From NCBI RefSeq assembly GCF_009914755.1, contig NC_060941.1: 64,000 bases of DNA; one strand, given 5' to 3'. The notes beneath the pieces are model-generated. The model saw only the letters and a program-made list of their open reading frames with translations. It was not told the DNA's origin and did not search any database. Made by a program: the position numbers and the translations under genes. This document shows positions 1 to 13,999 of this stretch, piece after piece; the first letter of the stretch is position 1, and each line of letters begins with the position of its first letter. This stretch comes from the human T2T-CHM13v2.0 reference genome, Homo sapiens.

Positions 1-509
1 GTAGAAATGTTTTCCCTTGGGTATTAGCTGTCTCTTCCAGTTAATTGTTTCTATCATCACATCAGGAGCTTGTAAGGAAGGGGTGGGGAGGGGGCTGCGG
101 TCCTGCCTCCTGCCTCAGCAGTGCCACCTCCAGGAGGATCCTCCAGAAGGAAGCTGCTCAGCATCAGAGGCTGGGCTTGTTTGAGGGTGTGGGGTCAGTC
201 CCAGGCCCACGTGGCTCAGCTGCCTCGTGAGGGCAGCTCTGAACACAGACACCCCTGCAGGTGTGGCCAGGGAGGCCTCTGCTCCTTAACCAGCCCCACA
301 GGCAGTAGCATGTGCCTGCCCTTTGGCACACACGTGCCTATGTGTGTGACCCACCCCCATGTGCACAGATGTGCTTGCACACACAGACATCACAAACCTG
401 TAGGTGGACAAACTACCACATGCAGACACTACCTCACTTGTGTGCACAAATGCATGCAGACTTGTGCACACTGTAGGCACACTGCTGCACATGGGGTGTC
501 GCAAGCTGA

Positions 510-793
510 TTTTTTTTTTTTTTTGAGACAGAGTCTTGCTCTGTTGCCCAGGCTGGAGTGTAGTGGCGTGATCTCAGCTCACCACAACCTCCACCTCCCA
601 GGCTCAAGCCATCCTCCCACCTCAGCCCCCTGAGTAGCAGGGGCACGCCACCGCACTAGCTAATTTTTGTATTTTTTGTAGAGATGGGGGTTCACCATGT
701 TGCCCAGGCTGGTCTTGAACTCCTGGGCTCAAGAAATCTTCCCTCAGCCTCCCAAGGTGCTGGGATTACAGGCGTGAGCTACCGAGCCCAGCC
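510..793 (-). mobile_element. Alu, AluJ-like
   Basis: Poly-T then reverse Alu dimer; J-type GCTCAAGCCATCCTCCCACCTCAGCC; TSD-like caagctgatttt / caaactgatttt. Confidence 0.95.
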
Positions 794-1392
794 ACAAACT
801 GATTTTATATTTGTATAAATACCACTCTTTCCCTCCAATTGAAGTCAGCCTATGGCTTCAGAGTCAAGAGCCCAGGTTCCAGCTTTCTCCCAGTGTTAAT
901 CTGTGTGAGCTGAGGCAACTCCACACCCTCTCTAGGCTGTGGGTCTCTCTCGTGGTAGAAGCTCTGATGGCCTCAAGTCTCTCTGAGTTCTACCTTCCCT
1001 TCTCGCGGTTATGGTCTTCTCACTCAGGGTTTCTTAGAAGGAGGCACGAAGGGGATCTCTCCTTCTTCCTGACCTCTAGCCCCTGCTTTGTCTCCTGGCA
1101 CTCAAGGTCCCCACGCTTCCTCTAACCACTTTCGGTCCAGAGGCCTTTCTTCACAATGCTAAGGTCCTGCAGTGTCCAGAGGCCATCGCAGTTCAGGCCA
1201 CAAATATGGGAAGCAGGCAGCGGTGAGCCGGTCATGGCTCTGCCCTCTTCTCAGCAAGCCTGGAATTTGGGTTTGCATGGAAAGCTTTAAGGAGTCTTCT
1301 GGGTAACCCCTGCAAATCCCAGACACCCTCTCCCTGCAGATCTCCATAGGCAATGGCAAAGATGGCTCATCCCAGCCAAACTGGAACCATAA

Positions 1393-1806
<414 letters not shown>

Positions 1807-2433
1807 TAACCCCAAGACCATCTGTCCCCGAGGACAAGGCTCCTGACTCAGTTTCCCCTGACAAAGCCAGAAATGGAAGTAGAAAGTTTTGAGACAGGTG
1901 TTTGTATTTGTGTCCTAGATGGATTTTCACAACATCTCATTCTTCACTCCCCCTAAATGAACACCCTCAATGGTGGGGGTTGGGAAGAAGGGGGAGAAGG
2001 GTGGTAACCAGGGGCAACCCTCCTTTCTCTCCCTCATCCCGAGTTAATGCCACTGAAGAGCTCTCCAGGGCCAGCGAATCACCCACATAATTATCCCTGG
2101 AGGTAATGGGCTTGGAGAGGTGGTGGGGGGCACTGAGGGGCAGAGGGGAGCTCAGGCCGAGGGATTTGTTGAGGAAGAGGAACAGAGGGATCTCCCCCAC
2201 TGTGGGAGGTGGGCTGGGACAGAATGTGGGCGCTGGGCAGGTGTGGGTCTCAGCTGTCAACCCCGCATCCCAGTCTGCTTTTCCCACAGTGACATTGGAA
2301 GTCTGACCTGGGGGCTGGGGGAGGGGAAGGAGGGGATTATGTGTGGCAGTTTTTCCTGGCTTGGAGTCTGATTTCTCTCAAGAATCCAACCTGAAGGCCA
2401 GTTTGTCTTCTATTGTCTGGTTTGAAACTTGGT

Positions 2434-2480
<47 letters not shown>
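2434..2480. repeat. (TG)n microsatellite
   Basis: Direct reading. Confidence 0.98.
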
Positions 2481-2481
<1 letters not shown>

Positions 2482-2869
2482 TCACGGGTTTTCTAGTTTG
2501 GGGAGAGGTAGGTCAAAACCAGGTACCCGACTTCAGGTTCTTCTCCCTCTTCTAACTTCAGTTCTTTCCTTGGAGGAGGGCATGTGGAGGGAGGGGTGTC
2601 ATGTCAGACACCCCCACTTCCTAGACACAGGAGGGAAACTGCTACCGCGGCTTACAGCTGCCAGCTCACCCCACAACACATTTCTACACAGAGTCTGGAG
2701 AGAGAGTGAGTGTGTGTGTGAGAGACAGACAGATGCACACAGACAGAGACAGGTAGCGAGGGGTTAAGCTGGAGGGGGCTTTGCAGAGAGTGGGGAGGGG
2801 GCGATCTTTGAGGATAAAGCTAACTTCCAGGAGCAGAATCCCAGATTACAAGGCAAGCCAGGGAGCGGG

Positions 2870-2965
2870 GTCCAATGGCTGGTCTACGTCATCAGTGTCT
2901 AGATGCTTCTCTGCCTCCTCCTGCCAACCCATCGCAGCTCCAGCACAAATTTGCATTTAAATAGA
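2870..2965 (+). promoter_or_regulatory. Possible promoter/enhancer motif cluster
   Basis: CCAAT 2872-2876, CRE-like TACGTCA 2885-2891, octamer ATTTGCAT 2949-2956, TATA-like TTTAAATA 2956-2963; motif reading only. Confidence 0.3.
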
Positions 2966-3344
2966 GATTTTTTTTTTTTAATGAGAAGGACCCAAGGGAG
3001 CCCCTAGACTATTAAGTTTCCTTCTGGGGGCTGTGCAGAGCCTTCTTCATTTGCCCCTCCACTCCAGCCTCCACCCTTCCTCCCCCAACTGTCATATTAT
3101 TCTGCAGCCATATATTCTGAGGGCCAGATGAGGCCCTGGCTCTGACAATCTGGGGGCACTTGTGGGGACAATGGGGCCAGTGCTCCTGGGAAGACTGAGA
3201 ATGTGCAGCTCTCGACCCTCTTTGTCTGCTGCGCCCAAGCACCCCACCTTCAACTCCTTTAGGCCTGGACTGTCGGTCTTGTTGCCGGCTCCGGGCTGCA
3301 GGCGATAGCGGCGGAATCCGTGTTATCTCATCACATTGGGCAGT

Positions 3345-3560
3345 GTGTTAAGAGGCAGGAGACCCTATTTGAGTCTTGGCTCTGCTTTCCCAAGGCTGTG
3401 TAACCTTGGGCAAGTCGCTCAACCTCCCTGAGCCACAACTGTCCCATCTGTGGAATGGGGGTAATGATAGAATCTTCCCCATAGGTGGGTGTGAGGTTGA
3501 ATGAGATAATGTGGCATGGTGCTTAGCAGAGTGCCTGGCACACTGTATGCCCTCGATAAC
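3345..3560 (+). mobile_element. MIR SINE
   Basis: Core ctgtgtaaccttgggcaagtcgctcaacctccctgagcc...aatggggg and 3' agtgcctggcaca. Confidence 0.85.
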
Positions 3561-4228
3561 CAAATTGAGAAGATTGGATAGAGCGAGATTTCAAGAAAAG
3601 CGTCTGATGCTGTAGTGGAAAGAGCAGGATCTGTAGTCAAGAGCCCGGGTTTATTTTCCTGCAGCCTTAGTTATGAGCCATGAGGCTTTCCCATCTATGG
3701 CCTGAACTTTCCTCCTCTGTCAATTGGAGATTCTGAGTTAAAACTCACCTCAAAGGGTTTTTGTGAGCATCAAATGATACAGCCAGGGCTCAGGGTCCCT
3801 AGCGCACAATTGGTGTTCAGAAAATGTTAGTTCTTCTCTCCTTCTTCTCCCACAGGGTGGGCGGGGCAGAAAAACGTCCCAGGGGCTTGGAGAATGTTTG
3901 GGAGGAATGGGGCCAGGGAAGGTGCCCAGGGATTTGCAGCTCAATGGGAGAAGGTATGGGTTGGTCCTAGGACCCTAAGCCCGGATGAGTGGGGACATGA
4001 CATTGTGTGTGTTGGGGAGGTCACAGGAAATGAGGGTGTCAGCACACCCATGGCTGATGGCTAAGGAGCCTGGGAGGGAAATTGAAGGAGAAAAGGTCAG
4101 CTCAGGTGGTCCCCCTACCTACCTCTCCCCCAGCTCCTCATCACTGGTTCTAGGAGAAGGAAATGAGACGTGACAGGTCCCTGGCCACCTGGGATAGGCT
4201 GAGAATGGAGACAGGATGGGCATAGGAG

Positions 4229-4282
<54 letters not shown>
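4229..4282. repeat. (TG)n(GA)n compound microsatellite
   Basis: Direct reading. Confidence 0.97.
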
Positions 4283-4326
4283 AGGAGGAAAGTAGGGAGG
4301 AAAGGAGAGAGACCTGTTATTCCTGA

Positions 4327-5180
<854 letters not shown>

Positions 5181-6384
5181 TCTTTTTTTATTTTTAAGGA
5201 AATAATGTCTTACAGACAGACTTCAAGAGCCTCCCCGAACCGGCCCCCAGGGCCTAGCTAGCTCTTAAGGCACCTGTGTGAGAATTAGGCACCTACTGGA
5301 AGGACCTTGCCCTGTGGGTACAGGGTGTGGCTGGTTGATGGTGCTTTCTATGAACAATTAAAGGCATCTTTCCTTCTGATGGGGAAGCCTCATACCAGGG
5401 CACGAGTTAGTTGGTGGAGCAAAGGGTGGATTTAGCCCTTGCTTTCCTCCTTGTGCAGTGAGCAACCTGCACACCCATATAGGGCAGTCCTCCACCCCTT
5501 TTCCCTCTTCTTCCTCCCACTGAGGGGCCATTCTATACTGATGCTGTTGTGTATCCCTCACATCTACATGTGTATATTTCCCCCTTTTCTCCCTTCCCTT
5601 TTCAATTCCTTTTCCTTCTTTCTCCTCCTGTTCCCAGCACTCACTGTGACAAGTCTTACACACCAGTCTCTTTGCATGCCTTTGTATGTCTTTGTGTAGC
5701 AGCCTTAGTATGTGTGTACATTATTATTGCTACATGGGATGGGTGTTCTCGTGGCATTCTTTCAGGGGTTGACACATCATAGGTGCTCAAGATGGTGTGA
5801 CTGGGTTGTGTGTCTATGTGTGTCTCTCTGTGCGTCTTGGCTCTCTGGCACTCCCCAGCCATTCCTTCCCCAGAGCTTAGAAGGGAGAGGGAATTAGAAG
5901 GGAATCCCACAGGGCTGAGGGCTTATCTCCTCCAGTCTCCTCTCAGCCTCTTCCTGGTCCATAGCTCTTTCACCATGATACTCAATCTTCCATGGAGACC
6001 CTGAAGAGGGCCCTGCCCTGCCCCATTGGCCTTGAGGTGGGGCCCCCTCTGCTTCCCTCCCCAGGCCTCCTAAGGCCTCCAAGCCAGAGCTGGTAGGAGA
6101 GCGGCAGGGGAGGGGGGAGTGGGAGGAGGAGAGGGAGCCCAAGGAAGCTGGGCAGGGGCTGGCGGCCCCTGGGACCCCTTTCTACAAGGACAGAGGCGGC
6201 ACCAGCTGCTCCACAGAAGAAATATTCCCCAAAGTCAGAGTGGTCGTCTCGTATTTTAAGTGGCCCTTATTTATCACCATCCTCCTGGGCTCCCTATCGC
6301 TGCAAATGATGATAAAAGACAGCGGTGAGGGGGGCGCGGGGGCTGCTCCCGGCTGGCCCTGCCGCACCAGGGGAGGCGCAGGCA

Positions 6385-6745
6385 CACAGCAACACACGGG
6401 CACAGCGACATGCACGATGACATACACACACAGATGCAGACACAGACACACAGTACCATCCATGACAACAGCTACACACACACACACACAGTGACATGCA
6501 CACACAGACTTAGCTGCAACAGTGACATGCCCACAAATGCTAACCACAAACATACATGCTGGGTGACACCCAAAGCTGTGAACATACACATAGCCTGATA
6601 CAGGCGCAGGGACACATTCACTTGCACACACATATACCAATATGCATGTACAGTGATAGACATACACCGGCACACACATGTGACAAACGTGTCACTCACC
6701 AAAACAAGCATGCACTCACACGCTCACCCCAGGCACTCACACCTC
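6385..6745. repeat. CA-rich low-complexity tract
   Basis: Degenerate (CA)n/CATG repeats. Confidence 0.85.
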
Positions 6746-6949
6746 AGTGTACAATACCCACTCCTCGAGCCCACCGTGCTGATGTATCCACCATCTTCAG
6801 TGTGACTCTACGTGTGTCTGCCTCAGATGACCTCTGCATAGAGGCCACTGTCTCTATGTGGCAGCCAGCTCATAAGTGTGTACTCTACTCCATCTACACC
6901 TAGCCAAACACATGGATGTGCAAATGCATTCATAGTCCAACCAAAAATA

Positions 6950-7080
6950 ATGAACACCAAACCTCACCTCTCACCATACACAGAAATTAACTCAAGATGT
7001 AAAACAATACAACTTCTGGAAGAAAACATGGGGGAAGACTTTTGGGATCTTGAGGTAGGCAGAGATTTCTTGGGTAGAAC
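6950..7080 (+). mobile_element. Old L1 (L1M) ORF2 3' fragment
   Basis: ctcaccatacacagaaattaactcaagatg...aacttctggaagaaaacatggg matches the L1 ORF2 region encoding PYTKINSRW...LLEEN. Confidence 0.8.
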
Positions 7081-7297
7081 ATAGTCATAGGCTGGAATTG
7101 CATATCATTGAGCACAAGCTCTGAAATCAGAAAACATCTCTTTGATTCCTGTCTTATTGTATAACTGGCTGCATTGAACTTAGGTAAGTTACTTACTTTC
7201 TCTGAGCTCATATGCCTTCTTGTACAATGAAGGTATAATACTACCTACCTCTCTGGATGCCTGTAAAGTTCAGAGAACTAATGCATGTGAAATAGTC

Positions 7298-7707
<410 letters not shown>

Positions 7708-8442
7708 TAGGCATACCTCTTAAATAAGCAGTCCATAACGCACACACCTGCCTGCCTGCTCACTCAGGGGAGCTGGGATTGGGGCTGTCACATTGAACTT
7801 CCCCTTATCAAGGGAAGTCTCCCTCCACCCTAATCCCACACCCATTTCCACATCCAGTTGCCAATCAGCCTCCCTCCCCAGCCTCAGCCCATTAGTACAG
7901 CTCCCTGGGGGAATCTATTTTTTAAAGGTTATTAGCAGATTATTGGTTCTTTATCAACCTCAGGCCCCAATCTCCAATCTCCCAACGAAGCTATTGTCGC
8001 CTAAAAAGATGCACTTGATAATCTTGGCATGAAGGTGGTGGAGGGCCTGGTGGGGTGGGGGCAGCTGGAAGGAGGGAAGGGTTAACAGCACCACCCCAGC
8101 CCCCACCCTCTCGGTCCTCAAATAGCTGAACTACTGTATGTTGTAGTTTTCAACTGCAAATCATCTTTAATAGCAGACATCACGGGATGGCTCATTACAT
8201 TAAGCTATTTTTCATGCTATCTCCTGTAATATCCTCTAATCCAATGCGTTTCAAATCACCTCGGGCTAAAATAAGAGACATAGCGATGTAATAGCCTAGT
8301 GTATTAGTGGGTTAATTGCCCTGTTGTACTCCTTCTAGTAGCTATCTCTGGAATGACTTCTATATTAATTGTAAATTGCTTAATACATTTAACTCCTTGC
8401 CACCGCCCTATCCCCTAGCGAAGGAGGCCACTACCCAGTTGC

Positions 8443-8443
<1 letters not shown>

Positions 8444-8478
<35 letters not shown>
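8444..8478. repeat. (TG)n microsatellite
   Basis: Direct reading. Confidence 0.97.
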
Positions 8479-8481
<3 letters not shown>

Positions 8482-8842
8482 GTGGGCACTCCTTTCCAAC
8501 TCTGGTTCCCCTCTGTCTCCTTGGTCCAAGCTGGAAGAGCAGGTTTGGAATATACTTCTCTGTCTAATGAGGGGAAGGGAATGAGACAGGCATTTATTGA
8601 ACACCTACTATATGCCAGGCCCTGGGCTAGGCCTTTTCACCAAATGCTGTCTCACTGGAGCCTCAAAGACCCTGAGTAGTGGCAGCATTCAACCCAGAGG
8701 TCATGCAACTTGTTCAAGGTCACAGAGCTATGATATGATGAAGCTGTGGTTACACCCAGACCCGAGAGCTCCTAAACCACAGTGGCTGAGCGTGGGGCAG
8801 GACCCTGGAGCTTTGGACATTAAGTCAGATGCCGTCAGCAGG

Positions 8843-9185
8843 GTCCTGGGGCAGCTCCTGGTCTGCAGGGGAGAGACACAGCCCTTGAGAGACACAGCCC
8901 TTGACCTGTGGGAGTCCCCAGTCTGTTGGGAGAGACACAAGCCTTGCACTAGGGGAGTTCCCAGTCTGTTGAGGGAGCTCCAACCTCTAACCTGGGAAGC
9001 CCTAGTCTGATGGGAAGTCAGATCCTCTGCCAAGGGAAGCTCAGCAAATGGGGGACAGAGCTCCTGCTTTGGGAGCACCCACTCTGACGGAGGGATATGT
9101 CTTTGCTCTAGAGAGTCTCTGGTCTGATGAAGAAAACGTCACTTCTGTCCTGGAGGAACCCTCAGTCAGATGAGGGAGACACCGA
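8843..9185 (+). repeat. Degenerate ~41-bp tandem array A (~8 units)
   Basis: Recurring GGGAGCTCCCAGTCTGATGGGGAGAGACACAG-like unit; cores near 8861, 8921, 8964, 9005, ~9043, 9082, 9122, 9165. Confidence 0.75.
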
Positions 9186-9684
9186 TCCACACAGGGAAAA
9201 CAGAAATAAGGTGCAAATGAATGACAGGCAGGCAGAGCAAGTGCACAGGGCAGACAGTGAGCTCAGAGCACGAGGGGAGAATCAGCCCTGGCCTGCGTGG
9301 GCCTCAGGGCCAGACTGGGGGTCCCTCCCTGTTCGTTGCCTCTCTCTCCCTTCCTAGATGTGTGGTCTCTGAACTTCCCCCGGGCTGCCCCTTTCCCAGT
9401 CTGCGGAGGGAAACACCCTGGCCAGGGCAGAGGTAGAGACCTTCTCCTCTTGGTGCTGACAGCCCCAGCCGGCTCCCCCTTTTCCACAGAAGCCTCCAGC
9501 GGCCTTGGGACTCTCTTTCCTCCTCTCTGGACAGGTGACAAGTGGGGGTCCCTGGGGGAGAGGAAGGAGAAAGACCAGGAAGGCAGAAGGAGCTGAAGGA
9601 TGAGCATAGGGCCTGATGAAAGGGTGCCAAAGTCACAAGTCACAAGGGCAGACGAGTGTTTACCTTCTACAAAGTAGCACTTTC

Positions 9685-9856
9685 CACACACACAGGTACA
9701 CACACACACACACACACTTGCGCACACACATGCATGCACACACATAGGCGCACGCACACACAGGCACACACACACTCGCGCACACACCCGCACACTGCGC
9801 ACACGCACACACACACGGACACACGCATGCACACACGCACACGCGCGCACACACAC
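9685..9856. repeat. (CA)/(CG) alternating purine-pyrimidine tract
   Basis: About 170 bp of cacacacgcacacgcgcac-type repeats. Confidence 0.93.
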
Positions 9857-9984
9857 GATGCATTCTGCGTACCAGTCATACGGGAGTCACAGGATTGAAA
9901 TACTCTTGTCCTGCTTTCTCGGGGCACATAGCTGGGCAGAGGGACCCAAGTTCAAAGTTGCCTCACGGAGCCTTCTTCCCTCAG

Positions 9985-10860
9985 GGGCGGTCCTAACGAC
10001 CTCAGTCTGCGACAGAAGCGGGCCTTAGAGGCTCTCGGTGAGTCTGGGCCCGGGACTGTGGCCTCCTTACTCCCTGAGTTAAGTCCTTGGGCCAAAAAAA
10101 GAGAAAGAAGGAAGAAGAAGGAAAGGGAGGGGAGGGAAGGGACGCGGGGCGGAGGACGCAGCGGGCGGCCTGCGGAGGCGGCCTGGCTCGGGGTGGGGGC
10201 TCGGCCGGAGTTCCCGCGGCTGCTCGGCGGCGGCCGGCTCGGGAGCAACCTTGAGCGCGGTCGCGGAGACAGTGATTTAGGTGCCGGCACCGGAGCGTGA
10301 AGGTAAATGGCCACATTTCACCGTCGGGAGGTGAGCCGGAGGCGCCCGCCCTGGCCCTTCCCCCAAGGCCCCGGGCCGGTGGGGGCGGGAGTTTTGCTTC
10401 CCCTCTCTGACCCGCTCCGAGGCCCGCCTGGGAGGGCGGCGCCCCCACGGTGCAGGACAGGAGGGCTGCGCCGGGCTGCGGGGTGAGCAAGACCCCTAGA
10501 GCTGCCTTTCCCGACCCCTTCCTATTTGGGGGGCTGTTTCCCTCACTTCCCCGTCGCCCCGGCCTCCTCCCAAAGCTGCTTCCAGAGGGAAGCTGAGAAG
10601 CAAGTGCTTAAAGCCTCTGGCACTTGGGGGCGCCACCTTCTCTCAGGAGAGGGTGGGCGGCGGCACCTCCGGGGTGCTAGTCCACGCGCAGGGAGCTTCC
10701 CCAGGTCACCTCCTCTACTCCTCACCAGGGTCCATTGAGGCGGGGCCTGCCTTATCCCCATGGTGCAGATTAGGAGCCGAGGCCCGGGAGCTCGAGGGAC
10801 CTGCAGAAGGCCACGCGGCTGGAAGGGGTGGAGGAGGCTGGGGACCCAGGCCCCTGAGCC
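9985..10860. promoter_or_regulatory. CpG island 1
   Basis: Very GC-rich, dense CpG, GC boxes (GGGGCGG); boundaries approximate. Confidence 0.88.
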
Positions 10861-10954
10861 TCCTGTGCTCTATTGCCTCTAAGAGGTTTGGAGTGGGGTG
10901 AGGTGGGGGGTGCTTGTGGGTGTGGGAAAGGTTGGCATCTGGCCGACCTCACTA

Positions 10955-11158
<204 letters not shown>

Positions 11159-12172
11159 ATGCTCTTCACATTAAAAAAAATCCAGAAATGTGGATGTGAT
11201 TTGAGAACCCTTTCTCCTTTGGGACAAAGCTTCCTTCCTGAGGCCCTGCCCCTCCTGCCAGGTGCTGAGCCCCTTGACCCCTCCCGTTCTAGGTAAAGCA
11301 GATGTGAGTGGAATGCTGAGATGAATTGTTCGATTCATTTCGCTGTGTTGCTGAAGAGAGGAAAAAAGAAAGAGAGCCATACCAGGGCACGCAAACATTG
11401 CCTGCGCAGAGGCATAACATGGCACGATAGCCCCCAGCCCATCATTTTCCAGGCTCCAGCAGGGTGGCAGAACAAGGCAGGGTGGAGGGGCTCAGGGCAC
11501 AAGGTCCTGGCCATGGAAGTCTCCAGCCAGTGCCAGTCTACACGGAGGCCTGCAGCAGATGGAAGGGAAATCGTTCCCTGGCTCCACTGGGGCATCTTTG
11601 GTCATTGTTATTCATAATGGCTGCTTTTTATTGGAAACCTACTACGTGGGTGGCGTACCTCTAATCATGCCAGCAGCCCTATGAAGTATGTATCGTTGTC
11701 CCTATTTTATGGATAGGAACACTGAGGTCAGCCCCCTGGCCTAAGACCCCATTGCTGAGAGGTGGTGTAGCTGGGATTGGACCCTGGTTCCACTGACCCT
11801 AAAGAGATTCTTCTTCCTGCAGCCACTGTCTCTCTACTCCACTGTCTGTGCCCTGGGGGAGAAAAGGGGTCTGCCGAGGCCTGGGGGAGCCTGCTTGGAG
11901 TTGGATGGTGAAGGAGACTGGCCTTTACCGCATCGATGTGGTTTTCCTGGGACCATTCTCCTGAGGAGTGGGGGCGGGACCCTGCTTAGAGAAGGGGATG
12001 GTGGGTGAGGTAAGTGGAGGTCTAAGTTCTCAGCTGGTCTTCTAATTTCAGGGGCTCTGTGGGCCCCTCACCCCATGTTACCCCCAAACATGGGCAGAGA
12101 GAGGAGTCAAAGGCAGACGGAAGAGGGTCACTTTGTGGGCAGTGACCTGAAGGTTCCTGGGGTCTGAGGGTC

Positions 12173-12276
12173 CCAGAGGAGGGTGTCTGGGGCGGGAGAG
12201 AGGTCATCCTTCATGGCCTGAAGACCAGAGGAGGCTGTCAGGGGCGGGAGAGAGGTCATCCTTCATGACCTGAAGA
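12173..12276 (+). repeat. 52-bp tandem duplication (2 copies)
   Basis: 12173-12224 vs 12225-12276, 3 mismatches. Confidence 0.95.
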
Positions 12277-13509
12277 AACCTTGGCTGGGCCAGAGAAACT
12301 AAGTAGGGGTTGCAGGCAGATGTAGAGTCTCCTTTCCCCAGAACAGGGCCCCTGCGTGGGAGCCAAACAGGCCACAGGGCCCAGGTGCCTAGCAGGCTGA
12401 GTGGTGCAGAAAGCCTGAGTTCCTCACTTCTCATAGCTGACATTTATGGAATACCTACTATATGCCCCAACTGTGCTAAGCCTTCTCTTAACGCTGACAG
12501 CTATCTTATCCAGTAGGAACTTTTATTAACCCTGTTTGACAGATGAATAAACAGAGGTGCAGGCTCCCATCAGCTGAGCCTCTCCCAGGCCCGCTTCCAC
12601 CCACCTGGGTCAGGAGGGCACAGCGTTTGGGGAGGGGGCTCCAACCCTTTTAATCTCAGCACAGGGCCAGGCACCTGGAAGTCTTCAGCAGATGGAAACT
12701 CTTGTCATTATTCTTGGCCTTTAGTGTGTAGAGCTTCAGGCTGGGGCCAACTTGCCTTTCAACCCATTGTCTCCTTGCTTGGCTCTGAGAGCCAGGGATC
12801 CCATCTCCTTACCTGGGGGCCTCAGGGCACACCTCCCTCCCAGCTTCTTCGGAATCTGCCTTTCTGCCTCCATCTTGGCCCTTGATCTTGGAAAGATGCC
12901 TGTAGCGGCACATGTGTGTATGTGAACATGATCGAGGTGGAGTGGGTGACTTCAGAGATGTCTCATTCTGTGATGAAGGCCCGGCAGAGAGCAGGGAAGG
13001 GTGTCCTAGGAAACCCCTCCCAGGACAGGCTCCGATCCTAGGTCAGGGATCTCTCCAGCCTTCACAGAGTGGGGAGCTTCAGGTTCCTCACTCCCACCCT
13101 TTCTGAGCTGGGACTGTCATATGGATAGAAGTGGGATGCGAACCTCTTTCCCTTCATCTGTCTTCACAGTGGTGACAGGACTGGGGGAATATCCTCTTTC
13201 TGGGTCCTCAGCCGTCTGCTGCCCCCTTTCTTAGAATCATTGGTTCACCCAGTGCCACACTTGGCAGGGATCTCAGATTCCAGCTGTTCTGACCCCATCT
13301 TCTGATAGATAAGGAAAGGGAGGCACAGAGAAGGGGAGTGACTTGCACAAGGTCACAGTCAGTTGGTGGCCGGCCTGTTGTCTCCTGGTGATGCTGGGGG
13401 AGGCAGCCAGATGATCATCGCATAGAGCTCCCACAAGACTGTCCCTCCTCTTTCCTGGGGTGTTGTCAGCTGAAGCACTGGCCACCCCCTCCCCATCCCC
13501 ACGCACCAG

Positions 13510-13900
13510 GCAGAATTGTCTTAATGCAGCAAATTGTTCATACACATGTAAGCAAATATCTTCTCAAATTATCTCTTATCACCAAACAGGCTGCGATGCT
13601 CACCGGCTGGAGGGCTGAGGTTGTCTTTCAATCCACTGATGATGGGGAGGGGGCAGGGAAGGGGGGGCCGGCTGACACCAAAAATAAACCGGCGGAGCGG
13701 GGATGGTTGTCGCAAGGGGCAGAGCGAAGTTGTCAGGCGGCGAGAGCTTGTGAGGCGGCAGGATGATAATGTGGCATGACACTTCTGAAATGAGCGGCCC
13801 GTTGCCATGGTGAGCAGCCAGGAGGGACCGGCTCTCCCGAGGCTGAAATAAAACACGCTTTAAATGATGTTTGATTAGAATTTAGATCATGTAACCGAAT
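13510..13900. promoter_or_regulatory. Candidate enhancer / conserved non-coding-like block
   Basis: TE-free, CpG-retaining; TGACA/TGTCA, GATA and RFX X-box-like GTTGCCATGGTGA at 13801; conservation not verifiable here. Confidence 0.5.
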
Positions 13901-13999
13901 ACCTCAGTCCTCCTCTTCCCCGTGCTTTTCTGCTTTTCTTCTTTTCTCCTCTATTCCCCTTTTCTTCCCTCTGTCCCCACCTCTCCCCACCCCAGGGCA

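Noticed and set aside
10619-10635. CTCF-like GGCACTTGGGGGCGCCA (also GCCCCAAGAGGGCAGCA near 58652)
   Set aside because: Mismatches at core positions in GC-rich DNA; cannot be supported without matrix scoring or ChIP data.
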